NCBI GenBank assembly: GCA_002104905.1
Contig: MCFE01000171.1
Location: 79,809-143,808, forward strand
From: Basidiobolus meristosporus CBS 931.73
Taxonomy: Eukaryota; Fungi; Basidiobolomycota
Direction of reading: 5' to 3'
Length of the DNA: 64,000 nucleotides
Program-made: the position numbers and the translations under genes
Shown here: positions 13,011 through 26,892 of the stretch, piece by piece
How the letters are laid out: every line of letters begins with the position of its first letter
Numbering within the stretch: position 1 is the stretch's first letter
The notes under the pieces: model-generated
Seen by the model: only the letters and a program-made list of their open reading frames with translations
Database searches by the model: none
Told to the model about the DNA's origin: nothing

Positions 13011-13447
13011 AGTGCAATATTGGTTCTGAGATATTGTAGTAATGGAATACTTTCCACTACCACACTTCTTTACAGCAAAGATACTACACCCTCTACCTTG
13101 TTGTAAAAATTTGTATTTCCACCTAAATATTTACCTAACTTAGTCACTTAGATCATTACCTTCAAATCCTAGAAAATACTGAACAAATTCCTTGTTGGGA
13201 TTTACTTGGAATATTTTCACCAAAATACCAGGTACCCAGAACATGAAAATTCTCAAAGTTGTCCATACAGCCCCAAACTTTGCACACATGTTCTTGGGAC
13301 CTTCCTTAACCTATTCTACATGTTTGTTATGCCAAGACCAGGTAAAAGTATAAATACTACTTTTACAACCAATAAATCATTAAGTGAAAACCACATAATC
13401 TACTTGTTCTCCCAATCACTTCCAATATGTCCAAGACTCTTACAACA

Positions 13448-13459
13448 GGTTATGAGCCC
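13448..13459 (+). promoter_or_regulatory. Primer-binding site complementary to the anticodon arm of tRNA-iMet (Ty5/copia-type half-tRNA priming)
   Basis: GGTTATGAGCCC directly after LTR; same at 31953 and one-mismatch variant in copy B. Confidence 0.8.
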
Positions 13460-16400
13460 CAAGCTGTCACTCTCTGCAATGTCTACTACTGCTATTACTG
13501 GAATTTTTCCCTCTGCTGAAAAGTTGGATGGCTCTAACTACCAAGTGTGGAAGGTGAAGATGAAGATGCTGCTACAAGAAAGAGGCCTTTGGGATATTGT
13601 CATGGGAGAAGAATCCCCTCCTAAAAACGTGGGAGAGGAAGCCTTAAAGTACCAGAAGAAAGAACAAAGTGCCTTTAACTGCATTTGCCTTAATGTCAAG
13701 GACAAATTGCTAATTCAATGCTCAAGAGCAAAAACGGCAAAGAATGCCTGGAAGGCATTAGAAGACACATACCAGTCATGTTCAGCTGCCAAGAAAATGT
13801 ATCTGAGAAGAAAATTCTTTACTACAAAGATGCTGCCAGGAGAAGAAATGAAAAATCTAATTAACAGAATTACCCTGCTGGTAGATGAGATGGAATCTGT
13901 GGGCGTACCAACTACTGATGAGGATGTGATAGTTACCATCCTGAATAGCCTGACAGACGGGTTTCAGGGCCCTGTATCAGCCCTAGAGTCCAGAACTGAA
14001 GATTTGACCTTAAATTACGTATATGGAAGGCTCCTGGATGAAGAATTAAGAAAATCAAGCACCAATAAGAAGGAAGAAGAAAATGCTTTAATAAGCAATG
14101 ATAACCAACAAAGGAGGTACCCAAGACCCTACAAAGACAACAGCAACCTATTTTGCAACTACTGCAAAAGGAAAGGACACACATCAGACTGCTGTCTCAA
14201 AAAGAGAGATTATCAGCAAAAGAAGCCTGAATATGGAAATGCTGCAACAACTGAGGATAGACTATTCATATCTGCACTAAATATGACCACAAACAAGGAT
14301 TCTCAGACGTGGTATATTGACTCTGGAGCTTCTCAACACTTTACACACCAAAAAGAAATTTTTACCCAATATCAAGAAATTCCAATTAAGAAGGTTTTCA
14401 TGGGTGACAATAGAACACTTGATGCAGTGGGAGAAGGAACTATCCAAGTAAACCTTAGAAGCAGTGAAGGAAGCCATACACTGACCTTTAAAGAAGTACT
14501 CTATGTACCAGAAATAGCCAAGAACCTACTCTCTGTAAGCAAGGCCACAGCAGAAGGACTCAGTTTCAGTTTTGACAATTCTGGATGCAGGATCACTGAT
14601 CAAAATGGTGCTCATATTGCTTTGGGCATCAGAGATCAGAATCTATACAAGTTGACTTATATTCCATCATATCTGGAAGCCAATATAAGTAACTTAAATG
14701 AAGAAACACCAATGCTTTGGCACAGGAGATTTGAACACATCAATTTTGATTATTTGCGTAAAATGATCAAAGATCAGCTAATTTCTGGAGTGAAAATTGA
14801 TCTCCCAGCTAATTTGGAGCACTGTGAAGCCTGCATATATGGGAAACAAGCCAGACAACCGTTCAAGAGCTCTGGGTTAATCAAAACTAAGAAAAAATTA
14901 GATCTAATTCACTCAGATCTGTGTGGACCTATGCAAAATTTATCCTTAGGCAGGATGAAGCATTTAATCACTTTTATTGATGATTATACAAGATACACAT
15001 GGGTCTACTTCATGGAGAGAAAGGAAGAAGCTCTGTCTAAGCTCAGGGAGTTTAAAGCCATGGTGGAGAGAGAAACTGGTGAAAAAATCAAGAAAATATG
15101 CTCTGGCAATGGTGGAGAATATACCTCAAAACTCTTCATCCACTTCTGCAAAACTCATGGGATAAAGCAAGAGACTACTGTACCATACTCCCCACAGCAA
15201 AATGGAGTAGCAGAACAAGCTAACAGATCAATAATTGATATGGCAAGATCTATGATCCATGATCAAAAATTATCCTATGATTTTTGGGTGGAATCAGTTG
15301 CCACTGCTGTATATCTTAAAAATAGGAGTTATAACAGAATACTTTGTGATTCTACTCCACTTGAAGCATGGTATGGGTACAGACCAAGTGCAGAACATCT
15401 AAGAATATTTGGGTGTACAGCATATGCCAAAAAACTGGCCAGAAATCAGTCAATATTTGAGCCAAAAAGTGTAAAATGCATATTTTTGGGCTACTGCAAT
15501 GAGAGTAAGGCATACAGACTCTACAATACCAAAGCAAAGAAGCTTATCAAGTCCAGGGATGTGTTGTTTGATGAAAATTCAAAATTTTCACAAAAAATGA
15601 CATCAGATGATGACAAAAATTTGATCTCAAGTCCACCAATTGTCAGGATTGAATCAGAGCAAAACAATGAAAATTTTTTCACTCCAGAGGACTCTACAAC
15701 CGTGGTTCAGCCAGAATCAGTGCCCAGGAATATCCCAGAAGTGATCATTCCAGTATCAAATGCCCGGAGATCAAATGGGACAAGAAATAGCCCAAATTAC
15801 TATATCAATGAGGGTACAAACTTAGCCTATGCCTACTCAGTCCATATTGATGAACCCCAGACTGTAAAAGAGGCCCTAAATAGCACTCAGACAAAGTTTT
15901 GGAGATCTGCAATGACTGAGGAATATCAGGCCCTGATGGAAAATCAAACTTGGGACTCAGTCAAATTACCAATCAACCAAAAATCAATTGGATGCAGATG
16001 GGTCTTCAAGACAAAATACAAGGCTGATGGTACAATTGAAAGATACAAAGCAAGACTTGTAGCCAATGGATACTCTCAAACAAAAGGACTTGACTATACT
16101 GAGACCTTTGCACCAGTAGCCAAGTTTAATTCCATCAGATTAATATTGGCTATTGCAGCCAAATATAAGTTTTTTATTCATCAAATGGATGTAAAAACTG
16201 CATTTTTGAATGGAGAACTTGATGAGGATGTGTATATGGACCAGCCTGATGGGTTTGCTGACCAAGATAACCCCCATTTGGTCTGCAAGCTTAAAAAGTC
16301 ACTATATGGTCTCAAACAATCACCAAGAGCCTGGAATTGCAAGATAGATTCATATTTGGAATCTTTGAGTTTCAAAAGGAGTAATGCTGACTATAGTATA

Positions 16401-17423
16401 TACTATAAGCCAGATAGAGCAAATCCAGTTCTATTAGCTCTATATGTGGATGATCTTATTATAGCCGCCAATAACCTAGAAACATTGGAAGAGACTAAAT
16501 CCAGCCTTTCTAAGGAGTTCAAGATGTCTGATTTGGGAGAACTTAGTTACCACTTAGGGATTAAGTTCTCCATAGACAGAAGTACCCAGACTATTACCCT
16601 AAGCCAATCCAAGTATATTCAAGATATACTAAAGAAGTACAAAATGGAAGACTGTAAACCGGCAGCTACCCCAATGGAGACAAACCTTAACTTGGTCAAA
16701 ACTCAACCAAATCAAGAGAGCTTGGTGCCATCTGAAAGCCCTGACTTTCCTTATCAATCTATGGTCGGCAGTCTGATGTATATCATGCTTGGAACACGTC
16801 CAGATATCTCATATTCAGTGGGAGCTGTCAGCCAACATAATCAGAACTATGGATCTGATCATATTGCAGCAGTTAAGCGGATTTTTAAATACCTAAAAGG
16901 AACTGCTGATATTTGCTTAAGATACACTTATAAGGACTCAGAATAAGATCTTGTGGGATACTCTGATGCAGATTGGGGACAAAATTTGGAAGACAGAAGA
17001 TCCACCACAGGATACACCTTTCTTTACTGTAAAGGAGCAATTTCATGGAATTCAAGAAAGCAACCAACTGTAGCACTTTCTACTACAGAGGCAGAGTATA
17101 TGGCAGCCTGTGAAGCTACAAAAGAAGCAATGTGGTTAAGAAAGCTCTTTACAGATTTAGGCCTATGTCAAAAAATGCCTATTACTTTATTTCAAGATAA
17201 TCAAGGATGTATACAATTAGGTAGAAATCCAACTTTTCATGCTAGAACCAAGCACATAGATATTAGACATCATTTCATACGTGAAGCTATAGAGAATAAC
17301 TTAGTTAGCTTAGTTTACTGTCCTACAGATGAAATGATTGCAGACATATTTACCAAACCATTAGCTAGAGACAAGTTTGAATATCTTAGGTCAAAATTAG
17401 GACTAGTCAGTATGAACATTTAG
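13452..17423 (+). pseudogene. copia A gag-pol (Gag, Zn knuckle, PR, IN, RT, RNase H) with stop at 16944-16946 and integrase D->G
   Basis: WYIDSGAS, HSDLCGP, CSGNGGEY (B has RSDNGGEY), YVDDLII, YSDADW; TAA where copy B has CAG. Confidence 0.93.
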
Positions 17424-17788
17424 CTGTGTGGGAGTGTTGTAAAAATTCGTATTTCCACCTAAATATTCACCTAACTTAGTCACTTATATCATTACCTTCA
17501 AATCCTAGAAAATACTGACCAAATTCCTTGTCGGGATTTACTTGGAATATTTTCACCAAAATACCAGGTACCCAAAACATGAAAATTCTCAAAGTTGTCC
17601 AAACAGCCCCAAACTTTGCACTCATGTTCTTGGGACCTTCCTTAATCTATTCTATGTGTTTGTTATGCCAAGACCAGGTAAAAGTATAAATACTACTTTT
17701 ACAATCAATAAATCATTTAGTGAAAACCACATAATCTACTTGTTCTCCCAATCACTTCCAATATTGCCAAGACTCTTAAAACATACCT

Positions 17789-20100
17789 GGGATATTGATT
17801 GCTTTACATATATTATTGGCTCATCCTGTCTCATGACTAATTTGTGATATCTCTTGCCTATTGCATCTATCCTATCAGCCACTGAACCTAACTGCTCATT
17901 AATGCTTTGGTATGAGCCTGAGGAGTCCACATTACTACCTTCAGTGGGCACACTGTCAACATGGCCTTTTTTGGATGTAGCCCTGCTTGGTGCACTGAAT
18001 GTCAATGCAAGCTGTGGTCCAACCATTCTTCTACTGCTGTCAGCAGTGAGGCTTGATTGGGAGCCAGACAACTTTGCTGTATGTTTTGGCAGTATATATA
18101 TTGAAGTGAGTCAAACCAAAGTGCAGATAGTGTTACATATATGTGGGTATGTGGTGTCACAAGTTTTTTTATAATGCTTACTACAGCAGGTCATCATTGA
18201 ATCTTACATTCATATAGGTGCAATGTCTGAGATACATGACTGTCTTAAAGTCACATGAGTATCAACAAAGAAGTGATATAATAATGTTACATTCTTGAGT
18301 GTCAAGCTTTTTGCCCCATGGACAAGACTACCATGATTCAATGCTGTAAGAGAAGAGAAAAAAGACCATGTGGCTGTTGTAATAGGCCTCTCAGCCATGA
18401 AGCAGATAGACAGCATAGGCAGAATTACAAGGATCACAGCTAGTGTTTTCCCACACAAGTCATATTTGGCCATTCATCAGTCACCACTGTAGTAACTTTA
18501 TCTTTCTGGCCACTTGATACTTCTAAAATGGCACCTAGTTACACTTGACACCTTGTAGCAACTAAGTCTGGTGAGTTTGTGATGCCTTTAAGCTCAGCTC
18601 AGCCATTTGGATATGGCACACAAAGTGATAGCTTGCAAGAAGTAGGCTTACTGATAGATTGTAAGCCTATATCCCCTAGCAATAGTACCCTCCATTAGCC
18701 TGGCAAAATCCCAATATGCAATGAGATAACACCCATGGAAAAAATGCTGTCATGCAGCAGGCAACATATGACCAAGAGACTGTCCTGATAGCAGCATGTG
18801 TTAACAGTTGGCTTTCACATCAGAAAATGCCACCATTGCAAGGTGGCCAACCTGTGAGGAATCCACCACCATGGGAGAAAAACATTGGTAACACTCAGGA
18901 TAAATTCCAGTAATACTCCATCTAAAGAATCTCATGCAGTTCAACAAATATTGTAAAGCTATAAAGTACTGCACTCAGTATCAATCAAGTGCAAGAATTT
19001 CCCATATATTTGATGGCAAACACTACAAACAGCTTAGAAGCAATGGTGTCTTTGAAGGTATGAATGAACATGCCTTTGCCATTGCACTTGAAAGATTTTG
19101 ATTGTACAAGTGCTCTACCAACATGCAGCAATATAAATGCAAGGACTGGATGAACTGGACTTGTCTCTATTCATGTGGCTTTCTGAAGCCACTCCTACCA
19201 AGAGTACATTGGAAGCATTGGGAGTTATATGTGGACATTGTAGGCATATTGATCCAGTAGCAGATCACCAATCACAATTTGGCACATCTACAGCTTTTAT
19301 GCAAGGAGTTTGTGACAAGATTTGAGTGGCTATATTACAAGAATAAAGGTGAATGCGTAGATCTCTGCTGTTACTGTATCCATTCTCTACTTGATCTTGC
19401 TTGGTGTGTGGAGAATATTGAGTCTTGCTTCACCTTTTGGGAGTTTCCTCTAGAGCAGATGTGTGGGGACATAGGAAGACAAGTCAAGTTGCAAGAACTA
19501 CAAAATGCCAATCTCATCAAGAATTTGACCTTCAAGGCTGTCATGGATGTGATGAGTTGGTACACAGAGGACAGCCAGGAAGAGTTGGAAAATACTGAGG
19601 ACAGATGTGCACATGGAGACACCTTTACCTTTGGCATTAAGAAGTTAAGCAGCCCTAATGTGTAGGTAATCAGTTAAGTCATGTATGGTTGGGTTGGACA
19701 CAACAAGCAACTAACTTCTATTAAGACAACTTTACCAAAGTATGATGGGTTTCTCTTGGTCACAAGGCAATTTCTACACCATTCAATGAGTGAAATCACA
19801 AAATCTACTACAAGGCTCAGAAGTATGAGTTCATTTGGACATCTCTGCATATTTGCTCACTTCCAGGACTTCAAACAGATACACTACAAGATGATTCATT
19901 ATCAAGCAATAAACAAATTTGATAAGCATATATACTGGGAGTGAACTAAGCAGTTACAACACATTGCACATCATGCAAGTGAAGACAATTGGAAGTGGTT
20001 AGTGCATATTATAGGTAATGATTGTAAGAGTCTTGGCCAAGCCAGCCAGCCTTGTCCTGTGCTGAGACTCTATTAGCAGCTTTGTAGAAAATGTAATGCA
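17789..20100 (+). mobile_element. Degenerate CACTA/En-Spm (Tnp2-like) transposase remnant
   Basis: 19279-19665 EFVTRFEWLYY...CIHSLLDLAWCVENIESCFTFWEFPLEQMCGDIGRQVK resembles the fungal CACTA motif (IHALLH...W.F.MER.CG); termini not found, boundaries approximate. Confidence 0.6.
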
Positions 20101-23100
20101 CCCTGGTATTGGGGAACTCCCTGGGGTATACAAAGGACTTGGGGATGAAGTTGAAATTTGCGATGCCAGTATATTTTCCCTGTTTTATGGACCTTTACAA
20201 CCCAAAGATTATGAATTATTGTAATGGCTCATATCCACCTCAGTAAGCAGCATCAAAAATCAAGGTGGTTATGGAATCACATTGTTTTGTTAATCAATAC
20301 ATGGAGTAATCTGCCGAATTTATAGACACATTGACTACACCAGGAGGCGGTGGGAGTCTACAACTGTAAAAGGCTAGTTTATTTGTATTAGAATTATTAA
20401 TGGACTAGAGCTAGATCAACATCCGGATTGATTAATATACCTCCATGAATTAAAAACTCCTATTGGGCGATCAACTGGATCGCACTTGTCCGCCACAATT
20501 CTTGGAACACCATACCGGTACTCTACTTTCTACCACGGAAATATCAAAAACGTATCTTTCTTAACTTGTGATCGGTATTTGACGTTAACATGCTGTCACT
20601 TGCCGCAATTCCAAGAAATACGTAATAAAGCTACGATGATATCTTGAAATAGATTCGCACTTCTCGAAATCAGTTTCACAGTAAATTAATACCAACCATA
20701 CCTAATGCTTGCCGGATTTAAGGCTTGGTATTGAAAGTGGCATACCTCCTTGTATTTTGTTGTCACCTAGGACTTGCCATTTCCAACTTTAATGATGGCA
20801 AGCGTCTCCATATCTACAGAACAATATTAGTGGCCATCTTACTTTAGATATTCTAGGGTAAATATCCTTTACATAGGAATAAGAAATACCGAAGTATAGT
20901 TTGGCGGTCAGAAAAAACTTGGGCCACACTACTCTACAATTGTACAAAAGGCATGCAGGAACATAATACCCAATCCTGCGCTTCCCTTATCGGCAGTAGA
21001 GCCTGGCTTGGCTTAGAGTATGTGAGTAAGAGAACGGGATTCAGAGATGGAAAGAAATCCGAATTCAAAGGTGCTAAAATGATACCAATACGACCAAAAT
21101 AACTCCATTTCATGCTACTCTAATTCCGGACTGACCAACTTGTTGGCAAACCAGGAGCACTTCACTAGGTGTACCAGGCTTGTTGGAATCGCTGGATTAG
21201 CACCTGGTTATTCTTATATCGTGCCTTTAAAAACTGCCGGCTTCAGGTAAAATATGCCATTATCAATATATGTATGTCGTGGAGACAACCACGTTTCGGA
21301 CATGGCCTTCCACAAATTATTTATGTAGCATTACCAAGTACAAAAAACGCCTCTGCTTAAGAAGCCAAGCGAGAACACACTCTTAACAATTTCAGAACAC
21401 TTTCACGCCCCTACTCAATCGCCAGTAAACCAGCATTTATTGCATTACGTGCTTGAATAAACATTAGCCAATTTGTGCTGTGCAATATCTTTCTAAGCTT
21501 AGCCAGTCAAATACGTCGAATCAATTGCCTCTAGCCGGATGATTACAAAGCAGCAAAGAATACTAGCCAAGAATATGCGGATGTGGCCATCTGTTGCATC
21601 GATATGCGTTATAGAATCGCCAAGCAGAATGTCGTCTAGTAGTACAGGTGCTACCCAGCTGGATCCTCTCCTCATGTAGCAATGGGTGAAGATCAGGATT
21701 CATCCTCCATGTGCCCCATGCCCGATGGGCAGTGTTCATATCGATGATGCCATCCATATGCAAGCACCTGGTTTGAAGCTTGAATGTCTGGTATGTTGGT
21801 ATGCTTGTAAAGCACCCAGCTGATTCTTCAGGAAATCCGACCGTGCTCCAGATTGAATGGTCGCAAAGCCCAGTGTGCTACTGTCTCTGGATTCTGGCTG
21901 TCCCGTCTTGATTGCGAGTACTTTGCCAGTCAATGGTGTGCCCAGTCCAAACCTTGCACATAGCTATAGGCAGTACATCTCCTGTGTTGTAGGAACCAGT
22001 AACGGCCCAAGCAAAGTTTCGGCTAGGCCGGAGTGAGAGACACTCAGGCCACACTAATATACGTGGCCACCGGATTCAACACGAATTACAGCCAGCCTAT
22101 GTGCTATTATATCCCATTTACGGTGTCCATCAGAGCACCATCCCGATGTCACAGGTGCTCCAAATTAGCTGTCCTGCACTCAAAACTAATCCAGACACGT
22201 GACAATGATTGCCGTGGCCCGACCACATTGGCTTGGCTCTTTGTCGCAGCACCAACCCCAAGAGTAATCCATCCCCTCACCACCTAGGGGCACCAGGGTG
22301 GTCAGCAACGGCAATTGATACAGACTTTCTTATGGCTCAGGTTGGATATGTATGGTTCGTTCTATGTTGTCGAGGGTCTGAGGCTGGGTTGTCATGCAGG
22401 TTGATTGTAGTAGAGCTGTGCGTACTCGGACTCTACGTAGCCACCGGCTTCTGGACTAGGCTTGCACCATTCAACAAGTACGCATGCACAAAAAATCCGT
22501 TAGGAGTGACACATTGGCTTCAGCCATTCTTCTCAGGTCCTTTTGCACCCCCGTCGCAGCCGGTTTCATCCAATGTCACTCTCTGATCATCACAAACATC
22601 GGTAAGTTTGTTCTAGATTTGGGCTGAGCATCGCCGATACCGCACATGGTGATCTTGGACTGCCTTTACTGGATACAGTCCCAATGTGAGGGCGTTGGCC
22701 AACTTGCTTCGGAATTATTCAGGAGACTCGGCTGTTTGATGGTGATTGACCATCCGTGAAGTAGTCGGGCTAGTCTTGGGGTCAGAGACATTAGTTATAA
22801 TTAATGAGTGAAGGCTCGGAGCATCTCATTGACACGCCACTGTCCCCAGTTGGCAAATGGAGTGGGTGAGGTGGTCATTCATGGAAATGGTGCGTGCACT
22901 TGATGTGAGCCTCTGGTTATTGATGTAGCTTTATTTGGCTAGGCACCTGCTAAATCAATCATAGTACGGTCAACGGACATATTGCAGTGTCATCCTTGTG
23001 CAGGGACCATGGTAATCCTCATCCGGACAAGAATCAGAGGTTCCATGGCGTTTGACTGGTTGGCGAGCACATGGTGGAGTATTCTGCTCTGAAACTCTGC

Positions 23101-23640
23101 CATTTACTGCTCCAAGCTGTCTCGGAAGGCCTGAGATCAGACCGCCTAGCTTCATCAGCAACCTTGGAGAGTTTGGATCGTGTCTCAAGCAATGATGGGC
23201 AACTGAATGGGTTGAGAGCAAAGGGGCCTCCGAGGTGACTGATTGGCTGGACGGCTTATCTACATCAGGAATGGATCTTTGTTTGCATGATACGCTATCA
23301 GGTTTCCAGCAAACAAACCGGATCGTGCATTTGGGGATCCATTATCGACTGTCAAGGAGGCCGGTCCCGATTGAAACCACAATCAAGACGAAAAAAGGGA
23401 TATTGACCATAGGCACATCATGGATAGGTGATACTGGTGACACCCAAGTAGACGTTTTATTCTTTAGGGAGTGGACGGATGAATACAGATGGTTCGAGCA
23501 CGATTTATAAGCATGTCATCGCTATCGGTGCCGTCATTCATCACACATTTACTAGCAACTCTGCGATCATTTGGGTCCCGAGAGTCTACCTTCCTCTGGC
23601 ATTCTCTCTACACCACCAACAAAGCCTATCGACCCCACAC

Positions 23641-24327
23641 ATGGATATTCTGGATTTGATCAACCCTGTACAAGCAGCGGAGGAGCGGGTGTACTCGTGC
23701 CCCTGGGTTGGCTGCAAGAAGGCCTTCAAGAGAAGGGCGGATCTGCTAAGACATCACAGAATTCACACAAACGAGAGGTAATGCCGTCAAGCAGGGCAGT
23801 TCCGTTTCCAGCAGCTGATCCTGAGCTTTCTTCGTTTTGCAGGCCGTTCGTTTGTACCGAGTCTGGTTGCGGTCAAAGTTTTATACAGGTAGGTGAGCTA
23901 TAGGCCTGCATCAATCCATTGTACAACGACTGAGCTACCTTGCCATCAGAAATCCTCGCTGACCATCCACATGCGCACCCATTCTGGCGAGCGACCATTC
24001 CACTGCTCATGGGAGTGCTGTTCAAAATCGTTTAGTGACAGCAGCTCGCTCAGCCGTCATCGGCGAATCCATACAGGAGACCGTCCATACCAGTGCCACT
24101 ACTCTAGCTGCAGTAAGAGGTAATGTCTTTTTGGGAAGATCTAATCAATGTTCTGCATCTAATTCAAATCCGGTTGCGTATACAGTTTCCGCAAGAAATC
24201 CACCCTCTTGAAGCACTTCAGCATGGCCCACAAATCGGATGAGCCCGCTCTTGATAAATGTAACTCTTCCAGTGTGTTGAACTCAACAGGCTATCGCTTC
24301 GCCCCATTTTGCCGCACTTTCTGCTGA
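23641..24327 (+). CDS. Small four-finger C2H2 zinc-finger protein (exons 23641-23777, 23843-23888, 23950-24119, 24186-24327; 164 aa)
   Basis: [61 protein letters not shown]...HTGDRPYQC...KHFSMAH; three GT-AG introns with consistent phases. Confidence 0.9.
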
Positions 24328-24430
24328 ATGCCGACGATTTGCTGAACCTTGTAGTATATATCCAATTGTTACTTGGATCTCAAATAATTTTATCATGGTA
24401 CATATTTCAATGTATTAAGCATTTGCCAAG

Positions 24431-24840
24431 TGTTGTTAAAATTTGGTATTCCACCTAAATATTCAACTAGCTTAGTCACTTAGATCATTACCTACAAATC
24501 TCAGAAAATACTGTTCAAATTCCTTGCTGGGACTTACTTTGAATATTTTCACTAAAACATTGGGTACTCAGAACATGAAAATTCTCAGATTTGTACAAAT
24601 TGCCCCAAAGCCTGCACACATATTCTTGGGACCTTCCTTAACTTAGTCTACATGTTTGTTATGGCAAGACCATGTAAAAGTATAAATACTACTTTTACAT
24701 TCAATAAATCATTGATTAAACACCACATAATCCACTTGTTCTCCCAATCATTTCCAATATCTCCATGGCTCTTACAAAATAAAAAAGGCACTCAAGACCC
24801 TTTAAAGACAACAGCAACCTTTCTTGAAGCTACTGTAGAA
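24431..24840 (+). mobile_element. copia LTR fused to a short gag fragment (internal deletion)
   Basis: LTR homologous to 13099 family followed by aaaggcactcaagaccctttaaagacaacagcaacc, matching gag at ~14110. Confidence 0.75.
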
Positions 24841-25377
24841 TGAATGGATGCATATTGAACCTGTACTTCCTATGGGTGATTAGAAACAGAAAATGACTGA
24901 ATACTGAAATGTGGTACAATCTAGATGCAGTTGTTTGCAGTCTCTGTTCTTCCTCTTGCAGTTCACTTTCTAATTCCTCAAGGTACTCAGTTACCTACTA
25001 TCTGATACTTTAGAACTGTTGCCTTGATGAGTCCTATGTATAGTGCTCTTGGAAGCAACTTGGTCTGCATATACATAGCATAATATGTTAGTCATTTCAG
25101 GCAAAAACTCATTCAAAATCTCTTTTGTTCCCAAAGATGAGGCACAATTAGATCTGTCCAGCCCATACTATGCATATTGCATGCAGAAATGGTCTTGTAT
25201 GGCTTCTTCATCAAATCCCCTCACTCTCAGCTCATTGTTAATTTCTATACTTATCCTGTTGTATATCTTCTTACCTACATCTGCTGGCATCTTGATGTGG
25301 AACTCATACCACAGCTTTTTACTCAAATTCTTCTATCTCTGTCAGCTCTCTGAGATATCCAGTTCTGCTAGATTAAT

Positions 25378-26053
25378 CCCTAAGAAAAAAAACTGAAAAA
25401 AGGCCAGCAAAATACCATCATAGTATAGGCTGATTTCCAGGTTTCTCAAAATTGACAACTCTCAATACCTCTGTTCTGTTGTAATTATTGAATTGTCACC
25501 TAAATATTCATGCTAACTTAGTCACATAGATCTTATTCTGTGATTAGCATTCTGTCCTGACTAGATTTCTTGTCGGGATTTACTTAGAATATTTTCACCA
25601 AATTGTCAGGTACCCAGATTATTATTTTTCTCAAAGTCGTCCAAAAGACCCCAAACTTTGCACACATATTCTTGGGACCTTCCTTAACAAACTCTACACG
25701 TTTGTTTTCCTCTACTTTATCAAAAGTATAAATACCATACTTTTGATCAATAAATCTACAAGTGAATAACATGTAAATCTTCTAGTTCTCCACATCACTT
25801 CCAATACTCCTCAGAATATTGCAACATGTTCTAGGCTGATGTGCAGGCAAGCAAACAAGTTCTCCAGGAGGAGACTAGGCCCACTGGCATCCATCCCAAA
25901 TTTGGTAATTAGCTGCCCATTACTTCCATCAAAAAATGCATTTGAAATTTTGAATCCAAAACACCAGCTGAATACCAGCAAAATACCATTATAATACCAG
26001 CAGAATATTAGCTAAAAATCAGATGAATCTCAAGTTTGTGATTTTTCATAGGG
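25378..26053. mobile_element. ~320-bp MITE (termini CCCTAAGA / TCATAGGG, TSD AAT) containing a solo LTR
   Basis: AAT duplicated at 25375 and 26054; removal restores ORF2 colinearity; second copy at 38644-38961. Confidence 0.8.
25477..25826 (+). repeat. Solo LTR of copia C family, TSD TGTTC
   Basis: 350 bp, TG..CA, TGTTC on both sides; matches 31604-31952. Confidence 0.93.
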
Positions 26054-26892
26054 AATGAATAGTGCCTAAATATCTCTATGAAGGCTCATCATAGATGCCT
26101 GGGCCATACTGAAATCATTTGGCAAGAACTTGAATGGATCCAACATCAAATTTTCTGGTCAAGACCATGCTTGTAAGCTGGGGGATGGGCTTATCTGGAT
26201 TGTATTAAAGATGAGTTACAAATTGGTACAGGGACCATAGTGATGGATTTGGGATACTTATACACTAGTATATTGGCATCTACCTGGTCTTATATGAGAT
26301 ATAGATGAAAACATATGTGATTATGGAGTTTTCCATATATTATGCATGATTCATCTTGGACTGCTTTGACACAGATCATGTTGCATCAGTTGCAGATTTC
26401 CCATTTGCTTATATGCTTGTGAATAAATCATCAGTAAAAGCACCAAGGCATTGCTTGAGGATGATTCTTGTAACATAATGATGGTGTACATTGCAATTGA
26501 TAGAGATTTAATCACAATGCATGGAAGAGCAGATAAATTAAGCTGATTGTGCCAGACCAATATATATCATATGCCAACAACCACCTACCAGTCTTGAAAT
26601 GCCTACTCATCAGAATGGTCTTTTCTTATCAATCCCATCACTACCACAGAAGTCCCTTTTGATGTGTTAGAGTAGATATATACTAAGTACTGTGGATCAT
26701 CTACATCAATCTACTCAAGGGGATCCCTTGTTAAGCTTTTTGGCTATTGCTAGAACTATTGCCCTACAAGGTTTCATCCCACCATATCAAGGTGTTGTTC
26801 CACCATCCATGGCAACAAAGGTCCTATAAGCTTTCATTCCCAGCAGACAGCAATGGAGAACCACCTTGCAGCAGATATGAATGACTTAGTAC

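Larger units (their letters stand above)
13099..17783 (+). mobile_element. Full-length Ty1/copia element A (4685 bp), defective
   Basis: 349-bp LTRs 13099-13447 and 17435-17783 (TG..CA), TSD TACCT on both sides, PBS GGTTATGAGCCC at 13448, PPT before 17435. Confidence 0.97.

Noticed and set aside
13206-13451. N-terminal extension MEYFHQ... of the copia ORF (also 17542, 24652, 31356)
   Set aside because: Open frame within the LTR starting at a non-ATG codon; the plausible gag start is at or after the PBS
20400-21400. Faint resemblance to glutamine synthetase (DTFLIFPW) or subtilase (IAGLAPG...IINICMSW) fragments
   Set aside because: Short matches on opposite strands with stops and no catalytic motifs
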